Of a DNA stretch of 64,000 nucleotides, positions 20,131 to 28,262 are shown piece after piece (the stretch's first letter is position 1; each line of letters begins with the position of its first letter). The stretch covers positions 31,848 to 95,847 of the forward strand of contig JAJYNO010000024.1 of NCBI GenBank assembly GCA_021786295.1. Direction: 5' to 3'. A program made the translations under genes and the position numbers. This DNA is from a bacterium. Its GTDB lineage: Bacteria > Elusimicrobiota > Elusimicrobia > Elusimicrobiales > UBA9959. The notes under the pieces were generated by a model. It had not been told where the DNA came from. It made no database searches and saw only the letters and a list, made by a program, of their open reading frames with translations.

Positions 20131-20143
20131 CGCCTGGAAAGAT

Positions 20144-20169
20144 AAAAAAGCGCCCGAAGGCGCTTTTTT
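20144..20169. terminator. Bidirectional terminator downstream of tldD
   Basis: AAAAAAGCGCC-CGAA-GGCGCTTTTTT, symmetric A/T runs. Confidence 0.75.
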
Positions 20170-20191
20170 ATGCGGAGGAGACTGGAAGTTC

Positions 20192-21637
20192 TTAGCCCTT
20201 TACTCCCACTCTGACCTTGCGGAAGCGCGCCGGACTTGAGGCGTGGCACATCATGGCCCGCTGGCCGGGCTGCCCTTTGCCGCAGTTGGAAACGCCCCAC
20301 AGGCGCCATTCCTGAGGGCCTGCGATGCCGTCGCAGGAGCCCCAGAACTCCGGGGTGATGCCCTGATACCTGGGGTTCTTTACCATGCGGCCTTTTTTGC
20401 CGTTCTTGATCTCCCAGCCTATCTCGCAGCCGAACTGGAAGTTAAGGCGTTTCTGGTCTATGCTCCAGGAGGTGTTGTTCTCCATCATTATCCCGTCCTT
20501 TATTCCGGAGACGAGCTCTTCGGTGGAGGAATTTCCCGGCATCAGGCTCAGGTTGCAGATGCGGGTTATAGGGATGTTTGAATAGCCGTCGGCGCGGCTG
20601 CAGCCCCGGGAGCGCTCCTGTCCTACGCGGCCGCAGAACTCGCGGTTGGTCATGTAACCGGAAAGGACGCCGTCCTTAACTATATACCAGCGCTGCGCCT
20701 TCACGCCGTCGTCGTCGTAGCCGGCCGTGGCCAGGCCGCCGGGCAGCGTGGCGTCCGCCACCAGGTTGACGAGTGGAGAGCCGTAGCGGAACTTCCCCAG
20801 CTTCTCCGTAGTGGCGAAGCTGGACCCGGCGTACGACTCCTCGTAGCCGAGCACGCGGTCCAGCTCCGAGGCGTGGCCCACGCTCTCGTGAATCTGCAGC
20901 GCCAGCTGGTTGCCGGAAATGATCAGGTCCTTCACGCCGGAGGGACAGACGGGGGCCTTCAGCAGCGCCACGGCCTCGTCGCGCACGCGCTCAGCGTGGT
21001 CGGCCAGGTGCATGGCCTCTATGATCTCCCAGCCCCCGCCCAGCATCTGGCCGCTGTGCGAGGAGGGATAGCCGCGCAGCTGCGACTCGCCGTTCTCCAC
21101 CGCGGTGGCCGAGATCGAGGCGCCGGAGTTCAGCAGCACCTGCTCTATGCGCGACCCTTCGGTGGTCAGGTGCCACTGGTGCTCGCGGATGAACTCCATC
21201 TCCGCCTCGGAGACCTTTATCTTCCTGTCCGCGCGCAGCGTCCTGTCCAGGGAGAGCAGCAGGTCCAGCTTTTCCTGCACCGGAACCGCGAAAGGGTCCT
21301 TCTGGAAAGGCGTCTGCCAGATGTCGGTGTAGGCGGGCTCATGCGCCAGGCGCACTTTTCCGCGCATCAGCAGGCCGCTGGCCTTCGCGATGGCTATGGC
21401 TTTCAGGGTCGTTTCCTTAACGGCGCGCTCCGTCATTTCGCTGCCGGAGGCGAAGCCCCAGGCGCCCTTGTAAAGCACGCGCACGCCGTAGCCGATCGTG
21501 GTCTCGTCGGTGAGGGCGCTTATCTCCCCCGTCTTCACGGCCAGGGCCTGGGCGCGCTGCTCCACCACGCGGATGTCGCCGAAGTCTACCTTGTACTTGT
21601 CCGCCACTTCTATCGCTTTAGAGGCTAGTTTGAACAT
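20192..21637 (-). CDS. tldD: TldD metalloprotease
   Basis: 481 aa. HESVGHASELD (HExxxH) motif. Paired with pmbA. Confidence 0.9.
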   Translation of the reverse strand: MFKLASKAIEVADKYKVDFGDIRVVEQRAQALAVKTGEISALTDETTIGYGVRVLYKGAWGFASGSEMTERAVKETTLKAIAIAKASGLLMRGKVRLAHEPAYTDIWQTPFQKDPFAVPVQEKLDLLLSLDRTLRADRKIKVSEAEMEFIREHQWHLTTEGSRIEQVLLNSGASISATAVENGESQLRGYPSSHSGQMLGGGWEIIEAMHLADHAERVRDEAVALLKAPVCPSGVKDLIISGNQLALQIHESVGHASELDRVLGYEESYAGSSFATTEKLGKFRYGSPLVNLVADATLPGGLATAGYDDDGVKAQRWYIVKDGVLSGYMTNREFCGRVGQERSRGCSRADGYSNIPITRICNLSLMPGNSSTEELVSGIKDGIMMENNTSWSIDQKRLNFQFGCEIGWEIKNGKKGRMVKNPRYQGITPEFWGSCDGIAGPQEWRLWGVSNCGKGQPGQRAMMCHASSPARFRKVRVGVKG

Positions 21638-21647
21638 GTTATTTACC

Positions 21648-22973
21648 TTAGAATCTAGTGACCGAAGAGAAGTTGAAGCCTGACAGGCGCATGGGCGGGC
21701 AGGAGACGTTCCCCCAGACGGGCACCAGTTCGGCCTCGGAGCCTATGGCCTCTATGCTGGCGAAAGCTTCCACCATGCTCTGCGTGAAGCGCATGTTCTT
21801 TATCGGGAAGGCCACCCTGCCGTTCTCTATCATGAACGTGCCGTTGCGCGTCATGCCGGTCATCTCCATGGTCTCCGGTTTGAGCAGGTTGGTGTAGTGG
21901 AACTGCGTCACCAGTATGCCTCGCTCGGTGCCCTTTATCAGGTCCTGAAGGGAGTCCTTGCCCGGCTTCACGGCGAGGTTTATCGCCAGCGGGCCGAAAT
22001 AACTCGGCTGGGGCAGCGCGTGGCCGGTGGGGGGCGTCTTCGCTTTTTTTGCGGTCCTGCGGTCGTGCACCACGGCCTTGAGCACGCCGTTCTCGACAAG
22101 CGTAACCTTGGAGCGCGGCTGGCCTTCGAAGTCGAACGGCATGCCAGGGGCCGCTCCCAGGAAGTCGTCCTCCAGGGTCAGCAGCGGGCTCAGGACCCGC
22201 TTTCCCAGCTTGCCGCAGACGAAGGAGCGGCCCTCGTTGTAGAACTGTCCGCCGAAACTATAGGCGTTCATGTAGGAGAGCAGGTCCGCGGCGGCCTGCG
22301 GCTCCAGGACCACGGTGTATCTGCCGGGCTTCGGGTCGCGCGGCCTGCGGCTGGCGGCGGCCTTGGCGCGCGCGGTCTCGTTGAGGCGCCCGAAGTCTAT
22401 GCCCTCCGCGTCGTGAGAGGTCTGTTCGGCCCAGCCGGAGCCGTCGTGGTCGGTGACCGTGACGCTGTGCGTAACGAAACTTTCCCGCCAGCGGGCGAAG
22501 AGCCCCAGGTTGTTGGCTATCAGCAGCTCGGAGCAGCCGTTGTCCACGGTCCCGCAGGCCGTCTGGCCGGCTTTTACGCACGCGCGGGCCAGCTCGGCGG
22601 CCTTTTCTGCGCGGAAGACCGGCGTCAGCTCCGCCGTGGCCCTGTCGTAGAGGTCCTTGCCGGCTTGCAGCGGCCTGGGCTTCGCCAGCGGCAGCAGCTC
22701 CGGGTCCTTTTTCTGTTTTTTAAGTATCTCCAAGCCGGAGCTTATCGCCCTTTTCAGGGAGGCGTCGTCGGCCTGGTTGAAGCTGACCTTGGCGGAGCGC
22801 CCCCCGTCCAGAAGGCGCACGGAGAAGTCCCGTGACGACGAGGAGACGTTCTGCGAGATGACGTTGTCGGCGAAGCGGGTCAGGGCCGAATCCCGGCTCC
22901 CGACGGTCACCTCGCACTGGACCCTCCCGGCCAGGCGGAAGATCTTCTCTATGGCGGAGTCTGGTTTGTTCAT
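21648..22973 (-). CDS. pmbA: PmbA/TldE protease partner
   Basis: 441 aa. TldD/PmbA family without the HExxxH motif. Immediately upstream of tldD. Confidence 0.85.
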   Translation of the reverse strand: MNKPDSAIEKIFRLAGRVQCEVTVGSRDSALTRFADNVISQNVSSSSRDFSVRLLDGGRSAKVSFNQADDASLKRAISSGLEILKKQKKDPELLPLAKPRPLQAGKDLYDRATAELTPVFRAEKAAELARACVKAGQTACGTVDNGCSELLIANNLGLFARWRESFVTHSVTVTDHDGSGWAEQTSHDAEGIDFGRLNETARAKAAASRRPRDPKPGRYTVVLEPQAAADLLSYMNAYSFGGQFYNEGRSFVCGKLGKRVLSPLLTLEDDFLGAAPGMPFDFEGQPRSKVTLVENGVLKAVVHDRRTAKKAKTPPTGHALPQPSYFGPLAINLAVKPGKDSLQDLIKGTERGILVTQFHYTNLLKPETMEMTGMTRNGTFMIENGRVAFPIKNMRFTQSMVEAFASIEAIGSEAELVPVWGNVSCPPMRLSGFNFSSVTRF

Positions 22974-23021
22974 AAACGGAAAGGACCCTCCCGGGGCGCC
23001 GTAAAAGAAGCGGAGCGCTCC

Positions 23022-23774
23022 TCAACTCTGCGGTTTGTCGGTCTGCGGCAGCTCGCCGGTCTCGGCGTGTTTCTGGCGGCGGTGATGTTTCTTCTGCTCC
23101 TGGGCCGGGGCCTCGGCTTGCGGCTGGGCGCGCTGTTCCTGGAAGATCGGAGGCAGCGTCTCCTTCGACTCCATCCATTTGAGCAGCGAGTCCTCCCCGG
23201 TCACGGAATAGGTCTCCGGGGTGTTCACCACGTTAAGCTTGTTGCGGCGCGCCCTCTCGGCCAGCGTCTCGGCGCTCTTGCCGTGCGAGAAACCGGGCGC
23301 CTCGAAGATCTTCAGGTTGGGCTGGGTCAGTCCCACCAGGTAGTAGGTCCCGTCGGTGTTCGCGCCAATGGCCACGGTCTTGTCGTTGACCGAATCGAAG
23401 GCCTGGTAGATCCACTCGCTCTTGAGCTCCGGCGACAGATGGTTCATCAGCACGGCCTTCTTGGCCCCGGTGAAGAAGGCCAGCTTCACGGCGTCCTGCA
23501 GGCGTTCCTCGAAATTGTGCCTCTTCACCTCGAGGAAGCCGGGGTCCTCGGGGTCCAGCCAGGTGAGGTCCGGGTGGCGCAGCGACTTGGCGTAGGAGAT
23601 GATCAGTATGGCTTCGCTGAAGCCCTTGGCCAGTTTGTAGGCGGCCGCCAGCAGGTCGCTGTTGACGTGGGCCGCGCGTTCTGGACCGAAGGCGGTCTTG
23701 AGCTCGCTGCTTATCCTGTCGGCCTCGGGCGGGTCCACTAGCAGGATGATGCTGTTGTCTCTGTTCTTTGCCAT
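23022..23774 (-). CDS. DUF2064-family (TIGR04282-like) protein with low-complexity C-terminal tail
   Basis: 250 aa. DGTYYLVGL motif resembling the DUF2064 DGGYYLIGL. Gln/Lys/His-rich tail. Confidence 0.55.
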   Translation of the reverse strand: MAKNRDNSIILLVDPPEADRISSELKTAFGPERAAHVNSDLLAAAYKLAKGFSEAILIISYAKSLRHPDLTWLDPEDPGFLEVKRHNFEERLQDAVKLAFFTGAKKAVLMNHLSPELKSEWIYQAFDSVNDKTVAIGANTDGTYYLVGLTQPNLKIFEAPGFSHGKSAETLAERARRNKLNVVNTPETYSVTGEDSLLKWMESKETLPPIFQEQRAQPQAEAPAQEQKKHHRRQKHAETGELPQTDKPQS

Positions 23775-23849
23775 AGTCGCCGTGCTTTGAGCCGGATACG
23801 GAAGTATATTATACTAAATGGGTCCGCCTAAATAACCTGGCGGGCGCCT

Positions 23850-24998
23850 ATGCCCGAAGAGAAAAAGCCGGTCATCGTCTACGGCGGGAGCTTCGATCCT
23901 CCGCACAGGGGTCACGCAGCGCTGGCCGCCGCCGCGCTCCGGCAGCTCGACCCCGCCTTCTTCTATTTCGTCCCCGGCTTCCGCACGCCCTTCAAGGATT
24001 TCCTGCCCGTGCCCTACGGCGCCAGGGCCGCCATGCTCGGGGCCGCGATGGAAGAGGAGGGCTTCGGCGGCGACGCGAGGATAAGGATCAGTCCCTTCGA
24101 GGCGCAGCGGCGGCGCGTGGTCTACACCTGGGAGACGCTCTCGCATTTCAGGCGGCTGCACCCGCGCTCGAAGATCTTCTTCCTTATGGGTTCCGACTGC
24201 CTGGAGGGTTTTCCCCGCTGGCGCAGGCCGGGCCTGATACTCAGGAGCGCGCGCCTGCTGGTGGGCCCGAGGCCCGGGCATGAGGCCGTGCCGGGCGGGG
24301 TCCCCTTCGCGCGCCTGGCGGGGAGCTTTCCCGAGGCCGATTCCACCGGGATCCGGGCGCGGCTTTTCCTGGGCGGGCGCCCGGCGCAGCTGCGGCGCTC
24401 CGTGCTGGAACTGCTGGAAAAAAGGTCCTTTTATCTGTCCCGGGAAAGGGAGCTCCTGAGGGAGTTGCTCTCCCCCCGGCGCTACGAGCACTCTCTGCTG
24501 ACCGCCGAACTGGCTCTGGAACTGGCCGGACGCGCCGGCGTGCCGCAGCGCCAGGCGGCGCTGGCCGCGCTGCTGCACGACTGCGCCAGGGACCTGCCTC
24601 TCCCGGCGCAGCGGCGCCTCTGTCCAAAGGGCGTCCCGCTGCGCGGGGAGGTCTTCAGGGAAGCGCCGCTGCTCGCCCACGTGTGGGCGGGCGCGGAGCT
24701 GGCCAGGAAGAGGTTCTCGGTGAGGGACCCGGAGGTGCTGGAGGCCGTAAGGCTCCACGCCACGGGCGCGCCCGGGATGGGCGCGCTGGCGCGGCTGGTC
24801 TACATAAGCGACCTGGCTAACCGCGGCCGCTCCTTCCCGGAGGCCCGGCTGGTCCGCAGGCTGGCCTTGCTGGACCCGGAGGCGGCTTTCCGGGCGGCCA
24901 ATTATGTTAAACTTGTCTATGCGTTCTCCGCGGGCGGCTGGGTCCACCCGCTGAGCGTGGCGCTATGGAACAGTCTCCGGGAAGAAAAGAAAGGCTGA
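23850..24998 (+). CDS. nadD: Fusion: nicotinate-nucleotide adenylyltransferase NadD plus YqeK-type HD phosphohydrolase
   Basis: 382 aa. N-terminal GGSFDPPHRGH. The C-terminal half has HD-domain motifs (RYEHS, LLHDCARD). Confidence 0.85.
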   Translation: MPEEKKPVIVYGGSFDPPHRGHAALAAAALRQLDPAFFYFVPGFRTPFKDFLPVPYGARAAMLGAAMEEEGFGGDARIRISPFEAQRRRVVYTWETLSHFRRLHPRSKIFFLMGSDCLEGFPRWRRPGLILRSARLLVGPRPGHEAVPGGVPFARLAGSFPEADSTGIRARLFLGGRPAQLRRSVLELLEKRSFYLSRERELLRELLSPRRYEHSLLTAELALELAGRAGVPQRQAALAALLHDCARDLPLPAQRRLCPKGVPLRGEVFREAPLLAHVWAGAELARKRFSVRDPEVLEAVRLHATGAPGMGALARLVYISDLANRGRSFPEARLVRRLALLDPEAAFRAANYVKLVYAFSAGGWVHPLSVALWNSLREEKKG

Positions 24999-25801
24999 TG
25001 CTGGCGGCCGGTCTGGCGCTCGCCCTGGCGGCGGCGGCCTGGCAGTATCTTTCGCCGGCCTCCGGGGAGATCATGTCCGGCCGCGACGTGCGGCTGGCCC
25101 TGCTGGGGCCGGAGTCATCGGCGCTTCTGGTCTACCATCCGTTTTCCGGTACGGTGAACGCCTTTACCGACAGGCGCCGCCCGCGCCGCAAGGCCAAGCC
25201 CGCCGACAGGGCCTCTGAACTGGCCGGCGCCGCCGGAGCAGGCGGGGGCGGGGTCTTTTACGTGGAACTTTCCACGGCCCCCGACCTGAACGTCCTCTGG
25301 AGCGCGCTCAACGGCTGGAGGCGGGACCCCAGGCTGCTGCTCTCGGCCGCGGCGTGGGCCCGCGGGCTCAAAGCCTCCGGGAGGACGGACCTCTCCTCTT
25401 TCGACCTTTTTTCCGTTTTTTCGGAATTTTCCGGACTGGGCTCCTCGGATTTCATACTGACCGACCTGCGGCGCGGAACGGAGCAGGACGGAGAGGCGGT
25501 GGACGATTCTCGCCTGCCGATGGTGGAGGTCCTGAACGCCTCCGGGAAGGACGGCCTGGCGGGCCTGGCCGCCAAATATCTGAGGGAGAACGGTTTCGAC
25601 GTTATCTCGGTCGGCAACACTGCCAAGCAGAAGCGGACGGCGGTCTTCGGCTTTTCCGAGGACGCCTCGGCGGCGCTCGCCCTGCGCGCCGCGCTCGGCC
25701 TGGACGAGCTGGAGATACGCCTCAGGCCGACGCACAGCAGCGTGGCGGCGGCGGAGGCGGTGCTGGGCGAAGATTTCGACGCGGGCAGGCTCAAGAAATA
25801 A
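24998..25801 (+). CDS. LytR_C-domain membrane-anchored protein
   Basis: C-terminal VEVLNASGKDGLAGLAAKYLRENGFDV. The ATG at 24998 gives a TGATG overlap with nadD. The track start 24965 is the alternative. Confidence 0.6.
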   Translation: MLAAGLALALAAAAWQYLSPASGEIMSGRDVRLALLGPESSALLVYHPFSGTVNAFTDRRRPRRKAKPADRASELAGAAGAGGGGVFYVELSTAPDLNVLWSALNGWRRDPRLLLSAAAWARGLKASGRTDLSSFDLFSVFSEFSGLGSSDFILTDLRRGTEQDGEAVDDSRLPMVEVLNASGKDGLAGLAAKYLRENGFDVISVGNTAKQKRTAVFGFSEDASAALALRAALGLDELEIRLRPTHSSVAAAEAVLGEDFDAGRLKK

Positions 25802-25815
25802 GGGGAGGGTTTCCT

Positions 25816-26886
25816 ATGGACATGGTCACGATCCTTAAGACGGCCGTTCAACAGGGCGCCAGCGACATACACATCAGCGTCGGCAAGCCTCCGCTGATGC
25901 GCCGCAGCGGCGAAATAGTCCCGGTCGCCGAGGGCATTCCGCCTCTGACGGCGGAGCAGACCAAGGCGCTGATCTACTCCGCGCTTTACGACGAGCAGAG
26001 GGCCAGGTTCGAGAAGGACTGGGAGCTGGACAGTTCCTTCGCCGTCACCGGCGTGTCCCGGTTCCGCCTGAACGTGCTGGCCGCGCGCAACGGCGTGGAG
26101 GCCGTGATGCGCGTGATCCCTTCGGTCATCCCCACCCCGGAACAGCTCGGCCTGATGCCCTCCATCGTCAACTTCTCCGAGCTGCCCAAGGGCATGGTGC
26201 TGGTCACGGGCCCGACGGGCTCCGGCAAGTCCACCACGCTGGCGGCGCTGATCAATTTGGTCAACCAGAAGAAGAAAAAGCACATCCTGACGATAGAGGA
26301 CCCGATAGAGTTCACGTACGAGGCCAGCGCCTGCGTAGTGCGCCAGCGCGAGGTGGGCCAGCACACGCGCAGCTTCAACAACGCCCTGCGCGCCGCGCTG
26401 CGCGAGGACCCCAACGTGATCCTGGTCGGCGAGATGCGCGACCTGGAGACCATACAGCTGACGATCACCGCGGCCGAGACCGGCCACCTGACGTTCGCGA
26501 CGCTGCACACGCAGGACGCGGCCTCCACGGTGGACCGCATCATAGACGTGTTCCCGCCGCACCAGCAGGAGCAGGTGCGCGTGCAGCTGGCCTCGTCGCT
26601 GCAGGGCGTCGTGTCGCAGATCCTGCTGCCGCGCAAGGACGGCCGCGGCCGCGTGGCCGCGCGCGAGGTCATGATCATGACGCCGGCCATAGCCAACCTG
26701 ATCCGCGAGGGCAAGACGCACATGATCTACAGCGCGATCGAGACCGGCGCCAAGTTCGGCATGATCCCGATGGACCGCGCGCTGGCGATGCTGGTAAAGC
26801 AGAACCTGGTGGACTACGGCGTGGCCGCCGCCAAGGCGCACGACCCGGAGGGCTTCCAGAAGCTCTGCAGTCCCGCGGGCGTTTAA
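25816..26886 (+). CDS. pilT: Type IV pilus retraction ATPase PilT
   Basis: 356 aa from MDMVTILKTAVQQGASDIHI. Walker A GPTGSGKST. AAGGGGAGG SD. The track ORF from 25354 is an out-of-context extension. Confidence 0.9.
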   Translation: MDMVTILKTAVQQGASDIHISVGKPPLMRRSGEIVPVAEGIPPLTAEQTKALIYSALYDEQRARFEKDWELDSSFAVTGVSRFRLNVLAARNGVEAVMRVIPSVIPTPEQLGLMPSIVNFSELPKGMVLVTGPTGSGKSTTLAALINLVNQKKKKHILTIEDPIEFTYEASACVVRQREVGQHTRSFNNALRAALREDPNVILVGEMRDLETIQLTITAAETGHLTFATLHTQDAASTVDRIIDVFPPHQQEQVRVQLASSLQGVVSQILLPRKDGRGRVAAREVMIMTPAIANLIREGKTHMIYSAIETGAKFGMIPMDRALAMLVKQNLVDYGVAAAKAHDPEGFQKLCSPAGV

Positions 26887-26895
26887 GGGGGGGCC

Positions 26896-27780
26896 ATGTC
26901 CGAGATAGACGAACTGAGGGAAATGCCGCTGTTCCGCGGCCTCTCCGACGCGATGCTGGGGGAGTTCTCCGGCTACTTCAAGCAGAGCTCCTACGCGGCC
27001 GGGGACGTGATCTTCAGGGAAAAGGAGCGGGGCGGCTCGCTCTTCATCATCGTGTCCGGCGAGGTGGTGATAGAGAAGGCGCTGGACGCCGAGGGGGCCA
27101 GTTTCAAGACCCTGGCCATACTTTCCCCAGGGGATTTTTTCGGCGAGATGGCCGTGATAGAGGGACAGCCGCGCTTCGCGCAGGCCCGCGCCTCGGCCGA
27201 CGCCGCCCTCTACGAGGTGGAGCGGACCCAGTTCTTCGCCTTCATAAAGGAGCATCCGGAGACCGGCATCGGCATCTTCAGCGGCATCATGCGCACGCTG
27301 ATGCGCCGCCTGCAGCATACCTCCAGCGAGCTGACGATGCTCTACGACCTCAGCCGGCTGCTGATGCTGCTGCACAAGTCGCCGGGCGAGTTCTTCGCCA
27401 AGGTCATGGACGAGGCCCGCATCTACCTGGAGGGCGACTGGAACGTGAAGGGCTACGTCTACAACGTTTTCAACGAGGAGTACGAAGAGGTCTACTCGCG
27501 CGACGCCTTCCCCAGGCAGGCGGAGGCCGCCGTGCCGGTGAAGCCCGAGGGCGGGTGGAAGGACGACAGCACCTACGTGATGCTCTGCGCCGCGGAAGGC
27601 AAGAACCTGGCCTGCGCCGTGCTGGAGAGGAAGGAGAAGCTCCCGCCGGTGGAGAAGAATAACCTGTCCACCATATTTACTACAATATCCTCCATCGCCG
27701 GCTCGGCGATGATCAACATCGGGCACCAGGCGGAGGCCGCCATGCTCGAGAAGCTCAGGAAGAGCAAGAACACCATATGA
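26896..27780 (+). CDS. Cyclic-nucleotide-binding domain protein with uncharacterised C-terminal domain
   Basis: 294 aa. cNMP-binding pattern FFGEMAVIEGQPRFAQARA. About 150 aa C-terminal region without a recognised family. Confidence 0.75.
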   Translation: MSEIDELREMPLFRGLSDAMLGEFSGYFKQSSYAAGDVIFREKERGGSLFIIVSGEVVIEKALDAEGASFKTLAILSPGDFFGEMAVIEGQPRFAQARASADAALYEVERTQFFAFIKEHPETGIGIFSGIMRTLMRRLQHTSSELTMLYDLSRLLMLLHKSPGEFFAKVMDEARIYLEGDWNVKGYVYNVFNEEYEEVYSRDAFPRQAEAAVPVKPEGGWKDDSTYVMLCAAEGKNLACAVLERKEKLPPVEKNNLSTIFTTISSIAGSAMINIGHQAEAAMLEKLRKSKNTI

Positions 27781-28262
27781 CCGATAACAGGAACAAGTTC
27801 AGGAAAATAGCCGTGGCCGCGGCGCGCATAGGCGACGCCAAGAAGGCCGAACCGGTGGCCGTCTACGACCTGGCCGGTACCTCCCCGCTGGCGGACTACG
27901 CCGTGCTGATGATGGTGGAGTCCGCCCCTCAGCTGGAGGCCGTGGAAGAGGACATCGTCCACAAGCTCAAGCAGGAAGGGGTCTTCTGCCTGCACAAGGA
28001 CGGCATGCGCTCGCGCAGCTGGAAGGTGCTGGACTACGGCGGCACGCTGGTGCACATCTACGACACCAAGGCCGCCGAATTCTACGCGATAGACAAGGTC
28101 TACGCGGGCTGCAAGCAGGTGCAGTGGGAAGAGAAGCCCGCTCCCGCGCCCAAGGAACCTGCCGTTAAGAAGGCCGCGCGCAAGCCGGCCGCTAAAAAGC
28201 CCGCGGCCAGGAAAACCGCCGCGAAGAAACCCGCGGCCAAGAAGACCTCCAAGAAAAAGTAA
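27777..28262 (+). CDS. rsfS: Ribosomal silencing factor RsfS with Lys/Ala-rich C-terminal tail
   Basis: 161 aa. RsfS core (LADYAVLMMVES...WKVLDYGGTLVHIY). Tail KKAARKPAAKKPAARKTAAKKPAAKKTSKKK. Confidence 0.85.
   Translation: MTDNRNKFRKIAVAAARIGDAKKAEPVAVYDLAGTSPLADYAVLMMVESAPQLEAVEEDIVHKLKQEGVFCLHKDGMRSRSWKVLDYGGTLVHIYDTKAAEFYAIDKVYAGCKQVQWEEKPAPAPKEPAVKKAARKPAAKKPAARKTAAKKPAAKKTSKKK

Larger units (their letters stand above)
19904..20143. other. Candidate oriC (DnaA boxes plus AT-rich unwinding region)
   Basis: The most AT-rich stretch in the window. Extra 8/9 box TGTTGATAA at 19980-19988. AT-only run ATATCTATAATATTATATATTT around 20095-20116. Confidence 0.6.
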
